Below are positions 41,911 to 52,794 of a stretch of DNA of 64,000 nt, in pieces. Positions within the stretch are counted from its first letter, which is position 1; every line of letters begins with the position of its first letter. The translations under genes and the position numbers were made by a program. Under the pieces are notes generated by a model. That model was not told the DNA's origin, did not search any database, and worked only from the letters and a program-made list of their open reading frames with translations. The stretch comes from Bryobacterales bacterium (GTDB lineage Bacteria > Acidobacteriota > Terriglobia > Bryobacterales > UBA6623): positions 5,290,048 to 5,354,047 of the forward strand of contig OZ242366.1 in NCBI GenBank assembly GCA_965208945.1, read 5' to 3'.

Positions 41911-44910
41911 ATGTTCGTGCAAGCCATCCCGCCGATTGTTCTGCTGGCGGCCCTTTTGGCCGGGACGGCTCATGCTGAAGAACGCACTCCAACGCCGGCG
42001 CCGACTGTCATTTCCGTAGACTTCGCGCCGGCCGAACAACCCTTGCCGGACGAGCACCTGAACCATCTCGTCAGCGTGAAAGTTGGTGAGCCGCTCGAAC
42101 CCCATCTGGTCCGCCAAAGCATACAGCGCCTGTTCGCGACCGGCCGCTATGAGCCTGACATTCAGGTCCGCGGCGAAGACGTCCCGGGAGGCATCCGAAT
42201 CACATTCATGGCCCGCCCGAGCTGGTTTGTCGGGCAAGTGCAAGTGGAAGGGGCCGAAGCGCCGCCTACGCCTCTACAACTCATCAACGCAGGACATCTG
42301 GACCTGGGCCAGCCCTATCTCGAAGAAGATGTCGGCTTTGCCATGCAAGAGATGAGGCGACTCCTCGAGAACAACGGCTTTTTCTCAGCGAACATCAGCA
42401 AGACCGAGATCGAACACCTCGAGAGCCGCCAGAAGGACATCACGTTCGTAGTGACGCCCGGCGAGCGCACAGCGATCGGCGAGATCTATCTCACCGGCCA
42501 TGGACCCGATGAAGCCCCACCGTTGCCCATCGAGGAGGTTCGCCGCATCAGTGGTTGGCAAAGGGGCCAACCTTCCACCCAGCGCCGGCTTCAGCAAGGA
42601 GTCAGTCGTTTGGAGGATCATCTCCGCGGCAAACAGCACTGGCTGTCGACAGTCCGCTTAGTCGGCCGGGACTTCAATGCCGACCTCAACGAGGTCGGTC
42701 TTGTTGTGGACATCCGGCTCGGGCCGCGGGTCGTTGTCCGGGTCGAGGGAGCGGAGATCAGCGATCAGAAGCTCCGCCGCTACCTTCCTATCTACGAGGA
42801 AGGAGTCATCGATGACGACCTCCTGTCTGAAGGCGGGGACAATTTGCGCGACTATTTTCAGTCCCAAGGATTCTTTCTGGCTTCCGTCTCTCCCGTCCTG
42901 GAACGCGACCGGGAGGACGAAGTGTTGATCATCTACCAAGTTGACCGCGGTCCACGACAGGAGCTTGTCCACGTCGGAATATCCGGGAACCGCTCCTTCG
43001 ACCTGCCGACCATACAAGAGCGGATGCTGGTGCAACCGAGGAACATTGACGTCAGGAAGGGACGGCTGACGGACAGCTTGTTGGCCCAGGACCGCCTGGT
43101 CATCCTCGACCTCTACCGGTCGAACGGTTTTCACGAAGCGGAAGTCGCCTGCCGCAAGGAGGCGGGCTACCAGAGAAACGACAAACTCATGGCGGTCTTC
43201 TGCGACATCCACGAAGGCGAGCGCACTCTTGTCTCAAAGCTAACGATCAAGGGCATGGAGCGGCTCCCGGAAGAGTTGTTCGAGGATCGTTTGTCATCGG
43301 TAGCCGGCCAGCCATTCAGTGAAGTCAGCGTCGCGACTGACCGCGATCTCATTCTGGGGGACTACTACGATTCCGGCTACCACCGAGCAGGGTTCAGTTG
43401 GAAACGTCTTCCAAGCGACGTCCCCCATCGTGTCGAGCTGGAATACGAGATTCGTGAAGGTGAAACGCTCTATCTTCGCGAGCCGATCATTACCGGCCTG
43501 CGCCATACCCGGCCCAGCCTCATCGATCAACAGGTGCAGGTCATACCCGGAGACCCCTTTTCGGCGAACGCCATGTTCGAAACCCAACGCCGACTCTACG
43601 ATCTCGGCGTGTTCTCGAAGGTGGATGTCGGACTTCAGAACCCCAACGGAGAAGAGCCAGCCAAGAACGTGCTGATTCAGGTGGAGGAGGGGCGTCGTTG
43701 GACAGCCCGGGTCGGCGGAGGCGCCGAGTTCGCACGGATCGGCGGTAATACGGCTGACGTAACCTCTCCGCTCGGAGACGCCTCTTTCAGCCCTCGCGTG
43801 ACACTGGAGGTAACCCGCCTCAACGTCCGCGGCCTCGGGCACACGATGAGCCTGCGGACGCGCTTCTCCAATCTCCAGCAAAGAGCGCTGTTCATCTACG
43901 AGGCGCCGCGTTGGACAGGGTCGGACAAGTGGGACATGACCATCAGCAGTCTGTTCGACACGTCCCGCAACGTCCGCACCTTTTCCGGGAGGAGGCTCGA
44001 AGGCGCACTTCAACTTCGTCATCGGCTCAGCAAACCGTCAACGGCCCTGTACCGCTTCACGTACCGGCGAACGTCGATCGACCAGAACACTCTGCAAATC
44101 ACTCCTCTGCTGATACCACTCACTTCACAACCTGTTCGTGTGGGCCTGTTGTCGGGCACTTACATTCAAGACCGCCGGGACGACCCAACCGACTCGACAA
44201 AGGGCATCTTCAACACGGTCGACTTGAGCTTCGCCAGCGGAATCTGGGCGTCCGAGCCGGACTTCGTGCGTTTCCTGGGTCAAAACAGCACCTATCACCG
44301 ACTCGGGAACAGCCGTGTCGTCCTGGCGCGCACGCTGCAACTCGGGCTGCTGATGCCGACCGGCGTCTTTCGGATGCAGGATCCGATCAGCTTTATTCCC
44401 GGGGCCTCGGAGCCGGATCCCCGCATTCCACTAGCGGAGCGTTTCTTCGCCGGAGGCGCCACCTCCCATCGCGGCTTTCCGGTGAATCAGGCGGGGCCTC
44501 GCGATCCGACCACCGGGTTCCCGATCGGCGGCGGCGCACAGTTGCTCAACAGCATGGAGCTGCGCTTTCCGCTTCGCTGGAGGAATGTGGGCGGCGTAGT
44601 GTTTCACGATGCGGGTAACGTCTACTCACGGCCTCGCGAGATCAGCTTCCAAAGCCGGCAGAAGACTCTGACCAAGAACAACGACACGGTCGGTTACGAT
44701 TTCGATTACATGGTGCACGCCGTCGGTTTCGGCGTCCGCTACAAGACGCCGATCGGCCCCGTCCGACTTGACCTGGCTTACAGCATCAACCCGCCAAGCT
44801 TCATCGGTTTCGAAGGCACACGGGACGACCTGTTGCGCGGCGCGGGAACCATCACACAGCAGCGCATTACGCAATTCCAGTTTCACTTTTCCCTGGGGCA
44901 AACGTTCTGA
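41911..44910 (+). CDS. bamA: Outer-membrane protein assembly factor, Omp85 family (POTRA repeats plus beta-barrel)
   Basis: 999 aa with the signal peptide MFVQAIPPIVLLAALLAGTAHA. POTRA-like repeats form the N-terminal half. The C-terminal barrel has RFFAGGATSHRGF and GGVVFHDAGNV motifs and the terminal beta-signal ...FHFSLGQTF. Confidence 0.85.
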   Translation: MFVQAIPPIVLLAALLAGTAHAEERTPTPAPTVISVDFAPAEQPLPDEHLNHLVSVKVGEPLEPHLVRQSIQRLFATGRYEPDIQVRGEDVPGGIRITFMARPSWFVGQVQVEGAEAPPTPLQLINAGHLDLGQPYLEEDVGFAMQEMRRLLENNGFFSANISKTEIEHLESRQKDITFVVTPGERTAIGEIYLTGHGPDEAPPLPIEEVRRISGWQRGQPSTQRRLQQGVSRLEDHLRGKQHWLSTVRLVGRDFNADLNEVGLVVDIRLGPRVVVRVEGAEISDQKLRRYLPIYEEGVIDDDLLSEGGDNLRDYFQSQGFFLASVSPVLERDREDEVLIIYQVDRGPRQELVHVGISGNRSFDLPTIQERMLVQPRNIDVRKGRLTDSLLAQDRLVILDLYRSNGFHEAEVACRKEAGYQRNDKLMAVFCDIHEGERTLVSKLTIKGMERLPEELFEDRLSSVAGQPFSEVSVATDRDLILGDYYDSGYHRAGFSWKRLPSDVPHRVELEYEIREGETLYLREPIITGLRHTRPSLIDQQVQVIPGDPFSANAMFETQRRLYDLGVFSKVDVGLQNPNGEEPAKNVLIQVEEGRRWTARVGGGAEFARIGGNTADVTSPLGDASFSPRVTLEVTRLNVRGLGHTMSLRTRFSNLQQRALFIYEAPRWTGSDKWDMTISSLFDTSRNVRTFSGRRLEGALQLRHRLSKPSTALYRFTYRRTSIDQNTLQITPLLIPLTSQPVRVGLLSGTYIQDRRDDPTDSTKGIFNTVDLSFASGIWASEPDFVRFLGQNSTYHRLGNSRVVLARTLQLGLLMPTGVFRMQDPISFIPGASEPDPRIPLAERFFAGGATSHRGFPVNQAGPRDPTTGFPIGGGAQLLNSMELRFPLRWRNVGGVVFHDAGNVYSRPREISFQSRQKTLTKNNDTVGYDFDYMVHAVGFGVRYKTPIGPVRLDLAYSINPPSFIGFEGTRDDLLRGAGTITQQRITQFQFHFSLGQTF

Positions 44911-45605
44911 TGATGAGAAAAACGGCAGGCAAGCTCGGATGGCCTTGGGTTTTTCTGATTGCCCTTTCGGCTGTTTCGACGATCATGCAGGCCGGCCAAC
45001 GCATTCTGGATCAGACGGTCGCCGTTGTTGGTGAGCGAGCAATTACCGCCAGCGAAGTGGAAGAGCAAATCGCGTTGGAAGACCTCGATCGCGAACAGCC
45101 TACCGAGCGCTCAGCCGAGCGCTATCGGGAAGTCGTCGAGCGACTGATCCGGTTGCGGCTGGTGCAACGCGAAATGGACCTGGCGGGCTTTGTCGGCGCG
45201 ACAGATGCGCAGGTCCGGCAACAAATGGACTTCATGAGGCGCCAGTCCGGCGGAGCGGAGCAGCTTCAGCAGGCGCTGGCCAACTATGGCCTGAGTGACA
45301 CGATCCTGGAAAACTTCATACGCCAACAGTTGGATTTTCAGCTCTTCGTCGGCTTCCGCTTCCGTACCGGACTCGTCATCCCTCGCGAAGAAGTGGAGGC
45401 GTACTATGCAACGGAATTCCGATCGCAGCTTCCGGCATTCAGCTCCCCGCCGCCGCTGGACCGAGTGTATGAAGACTTGGAGGCCGAGTTAGTGGAACGC
45501 AGAGTAGATCCACTGCTGAACGATTGGATCAATCGCGTTCGATCACAGACACGCATCATGATCGTCGAAGGCTCATCAGCCTCGGCAGGGACAGAATCAC
45601 CATGA
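44910..45605 (+). CDS. SurA-N-terminal-domain-like periplasmic chaperone (no PPIase domain)
   Basis: 231 aa. The start overlaps the bamA stop (TGATG). After a signal/anchor, ILDQTVAVVGERAITASEVEEQIALE resembles the SurA N-domain. Confidence 0.55.
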   Translation: MMRKTAGKLGWPWVFLIALSAVSTIMQAGQRILDQTVAVVGERAITASEVEEQIALEDLDREQPTERSAERYREVVERLIRLRLVQREMDLAGFVGATDAQVRQQMDFMRRQSGGAEQLQQALANYGLSDTILENFIRQQLDFQLFVGFRFRTGLVIPREEVEAYYATEFRSQLPAFSSPPPLDRVYEDLEAELVERRVDPLLNDWINRVRSQTRIMIVEGSSASAGTESP

Positions 45606-48600
45606 AGAGATTCTTCCAAAATCCGGGTCGCTTCGGTTGGAAGGCATGGACCGGCGGGCTGGTTGTCCTCATCGTGGTGGCCGGAAGCTCTCTTTACGGA
45701 CTGCTGTACACCGAATGGTTCCAGGCGCTCATTCGGAACGAGATCATCTCCCAGATCGAGACGCTTACCGGGGGCAAAGCCTCCTTGCGCGAGCTGTTTT
45801 TTCAGCCGACAACCTTACGGCTACGGGTGGAAGGACTGTCGGTAAGTGCCTCGGACGAATCCGAACCTTTCCTGGCAGTACCCGCAGCCGAGTTGGATTT
45901 CGAACTCGAATCTCTTTACTCGACAAAGCTATCCCTGGAAGCGATGGCTCTGGATTCACCGCATTTTCACGTGATCGCGGCTTCCGACGGCGCCAACAAC
46001 CTACCGCCTTTTCCTTTGCAATCCGATGCCAGTGGCATCATGCCACAAGAGCTGTTCGAGATGGCCGTCAAGCGATTTGACGTGAAACGAGGCCAGATCC
46101 GATGGAATGACAAAAGCGTGCCCGTTTCCTTCTCGTCGCAACGGTTCCATCTGCAAACACGCTTTGAGCCACTACAGGGGCGCTATCGGGCAAATGTGCG
46201 GTTGGGGGATTCACAGTTTTCGCTACACGACAAACGGCCGGTCCTGTCGGAAGCCGAGGCGGAATTCCATGTCTACCCTGACCGGCTCGTTGCACCGGAA
46301 ATAAAATGGGCAAGCTCCGGGACGAGCGTTATCGGAGGTCTGGAAGTCAACTTTGTTGACCAGCCTCAAGCAGTCTTCCGATATCGGATCGATGCGCAAC
46401 TGAGTGAGTGGACATCATGGCTCGGTCTCGCTCCTCTTGACGGTGGCGTGGCGCAAGCTCAAGGACAGGGACGATGGAACGGTGCCGAAGGAGCGCTCCG
46501 TTACACAGGGTCCCTCACAATCAGCGATCTGATGCCGCAAGCGCCTCAATTCGCCCTCGAATCGATATCAGCAACTGCCGACTTTGCCGGTGATGCACAA
46601 ACCCTCCGGGTTCAAAATATCGAGGCCGAAGCATTGGGCGGCACGCTCACGGGCGAGGCGCGACTGGAGGACTTGACCTCGCCTTCACCTCGCTACCGGC
46701 TGGCCTTAGCCCTCGCGGGATTTCCTGTAAGGCCTTTGACGATGGCCGTCCGGCGGCTTCCAGCCGGGGTCCGCAACGCTCCCTGGGCCAGCGCTGTCAG
46801 CGGGACGATCGAGGTAGAGGGACGCGGCATCGACGACTTGCAAGCCAAGGCTCGGATCGGGTTTGAAGCGCCCAAAGCCCCTCAGACACATCAAATCCCT
46901 TTGCGTGGCACTCTCGCCATGGGATATGTGAGCGTGTCGCAAACCTTGAGAATCGACAAGCTCGATCTGGTCACGGATAGCAGTCACATTCAACTGCACG
47001 GCTCGTTGCAGGCTCACGATCGCTCCGATCTTCGTGTGCGCGCCAGCCTCAACGGCCTCGAAGACGTTCGTTACTGGCTGCGGCAAGCGAATGCCGAACA
47101 GATTGCGGCGCCCTTCGGTCTGTCCGGATCGGCGCAGATCGATGGTGAAGTGTCCGGCCAGCACGCATCGCCAGATCTTCGCTTCAAGGGCAGTTTGGAG
47201 GTCAAGAATTTCACGCTCCACGGCGAGCCGTGGGATCGCCTGCACGGATCGCTCGATATTTCGCCACGCAAGATTCGTGTCGAACCGGCACGGATCGAGA
47301 GAGCCGAGGGAGGAGCTGATCTATCCCTGACGGCTGACTTGACCGGCGACGAGACGAAGGTTGAAGCGTTCAACGGTCGTGTGAGCTTTAAAAATCTGCC
47401 CGTCTCCTCAGTGCTTGGCTCGGCCGCCTTTGACCAGCCGCTGACGGGGGCGCTCAATGGCGAAGTGCGCTTCAGCGGCCCGCCGTCGAACCCACAAGGC
47501 TCCGCCCACCTCGAAATTACCGAAGGAGGCGCATGGGGACGGCATCTCGACCGCATCGTCACCGATGCCCGGCTGGACAGCGGGGTCCTCGTCGTCGATT
47601 CATTCCGTGCCGAGCGCGGCCAGGCAACACTCGCCTCGAACGGCCGGCTTGATCGCACAACCGGAGAGTTTGACTTCAAAGTAGCCGCCGACGGCTGGAA
47701 TTTGCGGGATCTGCAAGCCTTCTCCCAAAACGAGCGCACGCCCTCTGGACTTCTCGCGCTCGAACTCCAGGGCAACGGTCGCTTGTCATCCTCGGAAGAC
47801 CTTCTCGATGACCTCTTCGTTTCCGGGTCATTCGGCTTGCGAGAGGTCAAGCTCGAAGAACGGGACATCGGCTCCTTCTCGGGCAAACTAACCACTTCAG
47901 GACGGCGCGTGGACATCGGCTGGAAAGGCAATCTGCTGTCCGGCTCTCTGGCTGGACACGCCGAGTTCCGGCCGGATGAGAACGGTCCTTTCAGCGGCCA
48001 GTGCACCGTGAATGGCCTGGACCTTGTCTATTTGGCAGGTCTGGCTGACTTGAACCTTCATCAGACTAGCGGCACGGTTGATGGTCAGTTCCGATTCTCC
48101 GGAGAGGCGACGGACTCGAGCAAGTTCGTCGCCGACGGCGAGGTCACCCGACTCCAGCTTTCCCACTCGCAGATTCCCGGAGCGGAGCGTGGATACGAGG
48201 TCTGGAATCCCTTCCCGATGCGCTGGAAGGTCGAGAACAAAACCTTGGACATCGACCGTGTGCGTCTACTCGGCGACGGGACCGATATCGTAGTCGACGG
48301 AACGATAGGCCTACAGGATGGTTTTGCCCGCAAGGAAGACTCGATGGATGTCTCGGTCGAGGGGAGTTTCAACCTGGCAGCCCTGGAAAGTTTTCGCCCC
48401 GCAGTCACGGCGAGGGGCGAGTCGGAATTGGATGTGCGTATCCGGGGTAACGTCGATCAACCGTCGATCCGGGGATTGATGCAGGTCAAAGACGGGACCT
48501 TGCGCCACAATTCATTCTCGAACGGATTAAGCGATCTCAACGGCCAAATCCGCTTCAACGAAAACATGGTCCGCGTTGAAGGGGTAAGAGCTGAGTCCGG

Positions 48601-49660
48601 TGGAGGCAACCTTACTCTGGGCGGCACGCTGGTGTTGCGAGACGGGCGCTGGGACTATCGTCTTCAAGCAGGAATCGAAAGCGTCCGTATCCGTTATCCG
48701 GAATCAATCAGCAACGTCATCGACGGCCGGTTAACGTACTCGGGGACAGACCTTCGGAGCCTGCTCAGCGGGGAGGTCATCGTGAGCCGCGTGACGATCG
48801 GGTCGGACCTTACCCTGGCTGACGTCATGGCCTCGCTCGCCCAACCTACTCAGACGCCGGCCAGCCACCAGGCTCTCGTCAATATGGGTCTAAGCGTTCG
48901 CATTGCATCCGTACCCGAGCTTCTGATCGACACGCCCCTGATCCGCAATGTTCAATCCAATATGGACTTGCAATTGAGCGGAACGGCCGTTAGCCCCTCG
49001 CTTCGCGGCGACTTGACCATCACCCAAGGGGAACTCTCTTTCCAGGGATCGCGTTACAAGATCAACCGTGGGGACATCAACTTCTACAATCCCTTCCGAA
49101 TCGAACCCGTCGTCAACATCGAGCTCGAAACGCGCATCCGTGACGTGGACATCGCCTTGATCATTTCAGGCCCGGCGAGCTTGCCCAACCTGAGCTATCG
49201 ATCGGACCCGCCGTTACGCACCGATCAACTCCTCGACCTGATCGCTTTGGCCCGCTCGCCCACCACCGATCCGGTTCTGGCCACACAGCAGACAGCACAG
49301 CAGCAGTCTTTGATCCAGAGCGGCCTGAATGCCGTCCTTTCCCGCGCCATCACGGTTTCGGGAGCCACGAGCATCGGCTCGCGGAGCGGCTCGCAACGTT
49401 TACAGCGCTTCTTTGGCGTCAGCCGTCTCAAAGTCGATCCTCAATCGGGTGGCGCTGAACTCAACCCGGGTGCGCGAATCTCCACCGAGCAACAGATCAC
49501 GCAGGATCTGACTCTCATCTACAGCTACGACCTTTCCGAGGCCCAGCAGCAGCTAGTACGCATTGAGTGGGCGCCGACGCGGCAGTGGTCGTTCATCGTG
49601 ACGCGAGATGAGAACGGCCTCGTCGGAGCTGACATTCTGTTCAAGAAAAGGTTGCGTTGA
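45602..49660 (+). CDS. tamB: Translocation and assembly module protein TamB (AsmA-like, C-terminal DUF490)
   Basis: ATG 45602 overlaps the upstream stop (ATGA). An N-terminal anchor (WTGGLVVLIVVAGSSLYGLLY) leads into a 1352-aa beta-rich protein. The C-terminus ...RISTEQQITQDLTLIYSYDLSEAQQQLVRIEWAPTRQWSFIVTRDENGLVGADILFKKRLR is typical of TamB. Confidence 0.8.
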   Translation: MKRFFQNPGRFGWKAWTGGLVVLIVVAGSSLYGLLYTEWFQALIRNEIISQIETLTGGKASLRELFFQPTTLRLRVEGLSVSASDESEPFLAVPAAELDFELESLYSTKLSLEAMALDSPHFHVIAASDGANNLPPFPLQSDASGIMPQELFEMAVKRFDVKRGQIRWNDKSVPVSFSSQRFHLQTRFEPLQGRYRANVRLGDSQFSLHDKRPVLSEAEAEFHVYPDRLVAPEIKWASSGTSVIGGLEVNFVDQPQAVFRYRIDAQLSEWTSWLGLAPLDGGVAQAQGQGRWNGAEGALRYTGSLTISDLMPQAPQFALESISATADFAGDAQTLRVQNIEAEALGGTLTGEARLEDLTSPSPRYRLALALAGFPVRPLTMAVRRLPAGVRNAPWASAVSGTIEVEGRGIDDLQAKARIGFEAPKAPQTHQIPLRGTLAMGYVSVSQTLRIDKLDLVTDSSHIQLHGSLQAHDRSDLRVRASLNGLEDVRYWLRQANAEQIAAPFGLSGSAQIDGEVSGQHASPDLRFKGSLEVKNFTLHGEPWDRLHGSLDISPRKIRVEPARIERAEGGADLSLTADLTGDETKVEAFNGRVSFKNLPVSSVLGSAAFDQPLTGALNGEVRFSGPPSNPQGSAHLEITEGGAWGRHLDRIVTDARLDSGVLVVDSFRAERGQATLASNGRLDRTTGEFDFKVAADGWNLRDLQAFSQNERTPSGLLALELQGNGRLSSSEDLLDDLFVSGSFGLREVKLEERDIGSFSGKLTTSGRRVDIGWKGNLLSGSLAGHAEFRPDENGPFSGQCTVNGLDLVYLAGLADLNLHQTSGTVDGQFRFSGEATDSSKFVADGEVTRLQLSHSQIPGAERGYEVWNPFPMRWKVENKTLDIDRVRLLGDGTDIVVDGTIGLQDGFARKEDSMDVSVEGSFNLAALESFRPAVTARGESELDVRIRGNVDQPSIRGLMQVKDGTLRHNSFSNGLSDLNGQIRFNENMVRVEGVRAESGGGNLTLGGTLVLRDGRWDYRLQAGIESVRIRYPESISNVIDGRLTYSGTDLRSLLSGEVIVSRVTIGSDLTLADVMASLAQPTQTPASHQALVNMGLSVRIASVPELLIDTPLIRNVQSNMDLQLSGTAVSPSLRGDLTITQGELSFQGSRYKINRGDINFYNPFRIEPVVNIELETRIRDVDIALIISGPASLPNLSYRSDPPLRTDQLLDLIALARSPTTDPVLATQQTAQQQSLIQSGLNAVLSRAITVSGATSIGSRSGSQRLQRFFGVSRLKVDPQSGGAELNPGARISTEQQITQDLTLIYSYDLSEAQQQLVRIEWAPTRQWSFIVTRDENGLVGADILFKKRLR

Positions 49661-50329
49661 TTGGCACGGTGGGAAGAGTTGCGGCGGCGCATGGTGGATC
49701 GCCAATTACGCTCCAGGGGCATCCGAGACGAGCACGTGCTGGTCGCTATGGGGCAGGTGCCGCGTCACGAGTTTGTTCCACACGCTCTGCGGAGGTTCGC
49801 CTATGACGACGAACCTGTATCGCTTCCTCGCCGTCAAAGCGTTTCGCAGCCCTATATGGTCGCTGTGATGGCCGAGGCGCTCGCGTTGACACAAACCGAC
49901 ACTGTCCTCGAAGTCGGAGCCGGTTCGGGTTATGCCGCGGCGGTCATCGCCCTGCTCGCCAAGCATGTCTACTCCATCGAATGGGAGGCCGATCTCGCTG
50001 ACATGGCACGGACGAACTTACACCGAACCGGTTACGAGGCTCGAGTCACGATCATTCACGGAGACGGCACTCTGGGCTGTCCGGCTCATGCTCCCTACGA
50101 CGCGATCTCCGTGGCAGCGGCGGCGTCACAAGTACCGGCCCGGCTACTCGAACAGATGGAGCCGAATAGCGGTCGTCTCGTCATGCCCGTTGGCCCTGAG
50201 AGCAGTCAGGAGTTGACGTTGGTGCGCTGTTCGCCGGCCGGTCTCCGTTCGATGTGTATCACCGGCTGCCGATTCGTCCCTCTTCGTGGAACCCAGGGAC
50301 GATGGTACGAGTGGGGTTTCACTTCATAG
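49661..50329 (+). CDS. pcm: Protein-L-isoaspartate O-methyltransferase
   Basis: The TTG start directly abuts the tamB stop. Contains PRHEFVP, ISQPYMVA-like SVSQPYMVAVM, VLEVGAGSGYAAAV and PYDAI motifs. Confidence 0.85.
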   Translation: MARWEELRRRMVDRQLRSRGIRDEHVLVAMGQVPRHEFVPHALRRFAYDDEPVSLPRRQSVSQPYMVAVMAEALALTQTDTVLEVGAGSGYAAAVIALLAKHVYSIEWEADLADMARTNLHRTGYEARVTIIHGDGTLGCPAHAPYDAISVAAAASQVPARLLEQMEPNSGRLVMPVGPESSQELTLVRCSPAGLRSMCITGCRFVPLRGTQGRWYEWGFTS

Positions 50330-50337
50330 CCTCGCCC

Positions 50338-52245
50338 ATGAAGCACATCATCGTCGGAACCGCGGGCCATATCGATCACGGCAAGACAGCCCTCGTCCGT
50401 GCGCTCACCGGTATCGATACCGACCGTCTCGCAGAAGAGAAACGGCGCGGCATCACCATCGACATCGGCTTTGCGAATCTGCGTCTAGCGGATGAGCGCA
50501 ACGGGGAGGAACTCTATCTGGGATTCGTCGACGTCCCTGGACACGAGCGGTTTGTACGAAACATGCTTGCAGGAGCCTGCGGGATCGACCTCGTGCTGAT
50601 GGTGATCGCCGCGGACGAACTGGTGATGCCCCAAACGAGCGAACACTTCGAAATTTGCCGTCTGCTCGGTGTGCGGCACGGTCTCGTCGCCCTCACCAAA
50701 GCTGACCTCGTCGATGCTGAAACGCTGGAACTGTCCCGAATGGAGATGGAAGACTTCTTTGCTGGTTCGTTCCTGGAGGGAAAACCCGTTATCCCTGCTA
50801 GCACAAAAACCGGCATTGGCCTCGACGAGCTTCGCGATGCATTGGCGCAGACTGCCCGCGAAACGCCGGAACGAAACGGCAGTGGGCACTTTCGAATGCC
50901 GCTCGACCGCGTTTTTGTCCAACAGGGCTTCGGAACCGTAGTTACGGGCACCCCTGTCTCGGGAACGATCCAAGCTGACAGCGATCTCAAGATTCACCCT
51001 CTCGACCGGCGTGTCCGTGTCCGTGGCATTCAGGGCCATAACAAGTCAGTGCACAGCATCGGGGCGGGACAACGAACCGCTTTGAACCTGGCAGGCATTG
51101 AAGCGAGCGAGCTACGACGCGGTATGGTCGCGACGTCGATCGGGCCGTTTCGAGCTACCAGAAAACTGGACTGTGTGATCGAACTGCTTGCGACGGCAGA
51201 CACCCTCAAACACGGAGCACCTGTCCATTTCCACAGCGGGACCGCGGAAACGGTCGCTAGGGTTGCGCTGTTGGACCGTTGCGGCAAGCTCCCTCCGGGG
51301 GAAAAAGCGCTCGCGCGACTCCGACTTGACAATCCTGTCCTTACACTCCATGGCGATCGCTTCATCCTGAGACGCTTCTCTCCAGTCATCACGATCGGTG
51401 GCGGGATCGTTCTCGATACAGAACCACGGCCGGAGCGAAATGCGGAGGCGCACTGCCGCCGACTCACTGAGTTGCAGTCCGGCGAGCCAGTCCGGGTGTT
51501 GTCCGTGCTGCTTCAGCATGAACCACATGGATTGGAAGTGTCAGACACGATTCGACGATCGGGGTGGAGCGAGAAGAAGGTGGGAGAGGCTGCGGCGCAT
51601 CTGTGCAAGCTCGGTGTGGCTCAACGGTTGGGGCCTTCCCGCTTGCTGTCCGCCGAAGCGTACAGGGCGGCATCGGAAAAGGCTGCTGACTTCCTCACAC
51701 ACTTCCATCGAAAGGAACCTCTTCAACCGGGAGCATCCAAAGAGGAACTCCGGAGCCGTTGTTTCGCGAGCGCGCCGGCGAACTTCCTCGAGGCGCTGCT
51801 GGCATCGCTCGAAGCGGCGGGTGTGATTCTGATCGAGAACGAGTTCATCAGGCTCCCCCGCCATACTGTCATGCTTGACGATGAGGAAAGCAATGCGCGC
51901 GCGACTATCATCGCCAAATTCGAAACAGCCGGGCTCTCCGTACCTGCCGTCAAGGATGTCTTGACGAGTCTGCCGGTCGACGCGGGCCGCGCACGCCGTA
52001 TCCTGCAGGCGCTCTTGCGAGAGTCCATCTTGGTGAAAGTCTCCGAGGACCTGCTTCTCCATCGGGACAGCATCGATCGACTTAAGCTGCTTCTCCGCCA
52101 TGAACGCAAACGGTCAGGGCGCATCGACGTTGCGCGCTTCAAAGAACTGGCAGGGGTCAGCCGAAAGTACGCCATACCGCTGCTGGAGTTTCTCGACCGG
52201 CGAAAGCTCACCCGCCGCGACGGCAACGAACGCGTGATTCTCTGA
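50338..52245 (+). CDS. selB: Selenocysteine-specific translation elongation factor
   Basis: ATG 50338 gives [46 protein letters not shown]-domain motifs DVPGHERF and TKADL are present. The long C-terminal winged-helix region ends ...[27 protein letters not shown]. 635 aa. Confidence 0.88.
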   Translation: MKHIIVGTAGHIDHGKTALVRALTGIDTDRLAEEKRRGITIDIGFANLRLADERNGEELYLGFVDVPGHERFVRNMLAGACGIDLVLMVIAADELVMPQTSEHFEICRLLGVRHGLVALTKADLVDAETLELSRMEMEDFFAGSFLEGKPVIPASTKTGIGLDELRDALAQTARETPERNGSGHFRMPLDRVFVQQGFGTVVTGTPVSGTIQADSDLKIHPLDRRVRVRGIQGHNKSVHSIGAGQRTALNLAGIEASELRRGMVATSIGPFRATRKLDCVIELLATADTLKHGAPVHFHSGTAETVARVALLDRCGKLPPGEKALARLRLDNPVLTLHGDRFILRRFSPVITIGGGIVLDTEPRPERNAEAHCRRLTELQSGEPVRVLSVLLQHEPHGLEVSDTIRRSGWSEKKVGEAAAHLCKLGVAQRLGPSRLLSAEAYRAASEKAADFLTHFHRKEPLQPGASKEELRSRCFASAPANFLEALLASLEAAGVILIENEFIRLPRHTVMLDDEESNARATIIAKFETAGLSVPAVKDVLTSLPVDAGRARRILQALLRESILVKVSEDLLLHRDSIDRLKLLLRHERKRSGRIDVARFKELAGVSRKYAIPLLEFLDRRKLTRRDGNERVIL

Positions 52246-52271
52246 CATGGATTCCTCCTTGCCACACACAA

Positions 52272-52292
52272 GGTGGTGGTGAGATACGCAGG
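52272..52292 (+). mobile_element. Solo MITE right terminus
   Basis: GGTGGTGGTGAGATACGCAGG lies 27 nt after the selB stop. No matching left end is nearby. Confidence 0.5.
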
Positions 52293-52794
52293 CTCAACGT
52301 AGTCAGGAACCTCGCGGAAAGAATGAGCGATTCTTGGACGACCTTGAACATCTGGACGAGCACTTTCTCTTGGGTGCACACGGAGAAGCTGGAAAGCCCG
52401 ATCAAGTGACGTGTCGTTTGTGGTCGTCACCACTTTCTTTAGGAATCTGATCCTTGTCGGAACTCCGGCGTTGATCAGTAACTTGTGGCGGTGTTTTCAT
52501 GGCCGAAGCGACAAGAGAACATTGCAATAATGAAGCTGAAAGCGGGGCTGGCCAGGCTGCTCTTGGCAAGCTTCAAGAGCTTGCGCGAGGACATGTGAAG
52601 CATGGAACACCTGTTGGATTCGTCAGGCACCGCATGGCGCGGTTGGAAGGCGTGTACGATGGTATGCGTGAGGCATTGTTCGGTCTAGCCGTAAGCTGGT
52701 GGGATAATAGTGATTTTCAATCAATCGAAATGGGAGATCTGTTGTCTGTTTAAGAAGTGGCTTAGTAGTACCAAGTTTCTACGGAGGTAGATCT

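Noticed and set aside
52246-52500. tRNA-Sec (selC) or selA next to selB
   Set aside because: I found no cloverleaf-compatible sequence, no T-loop and no UCA anticodon stem. The region instead holds a solo MITE end and low-GC filler.
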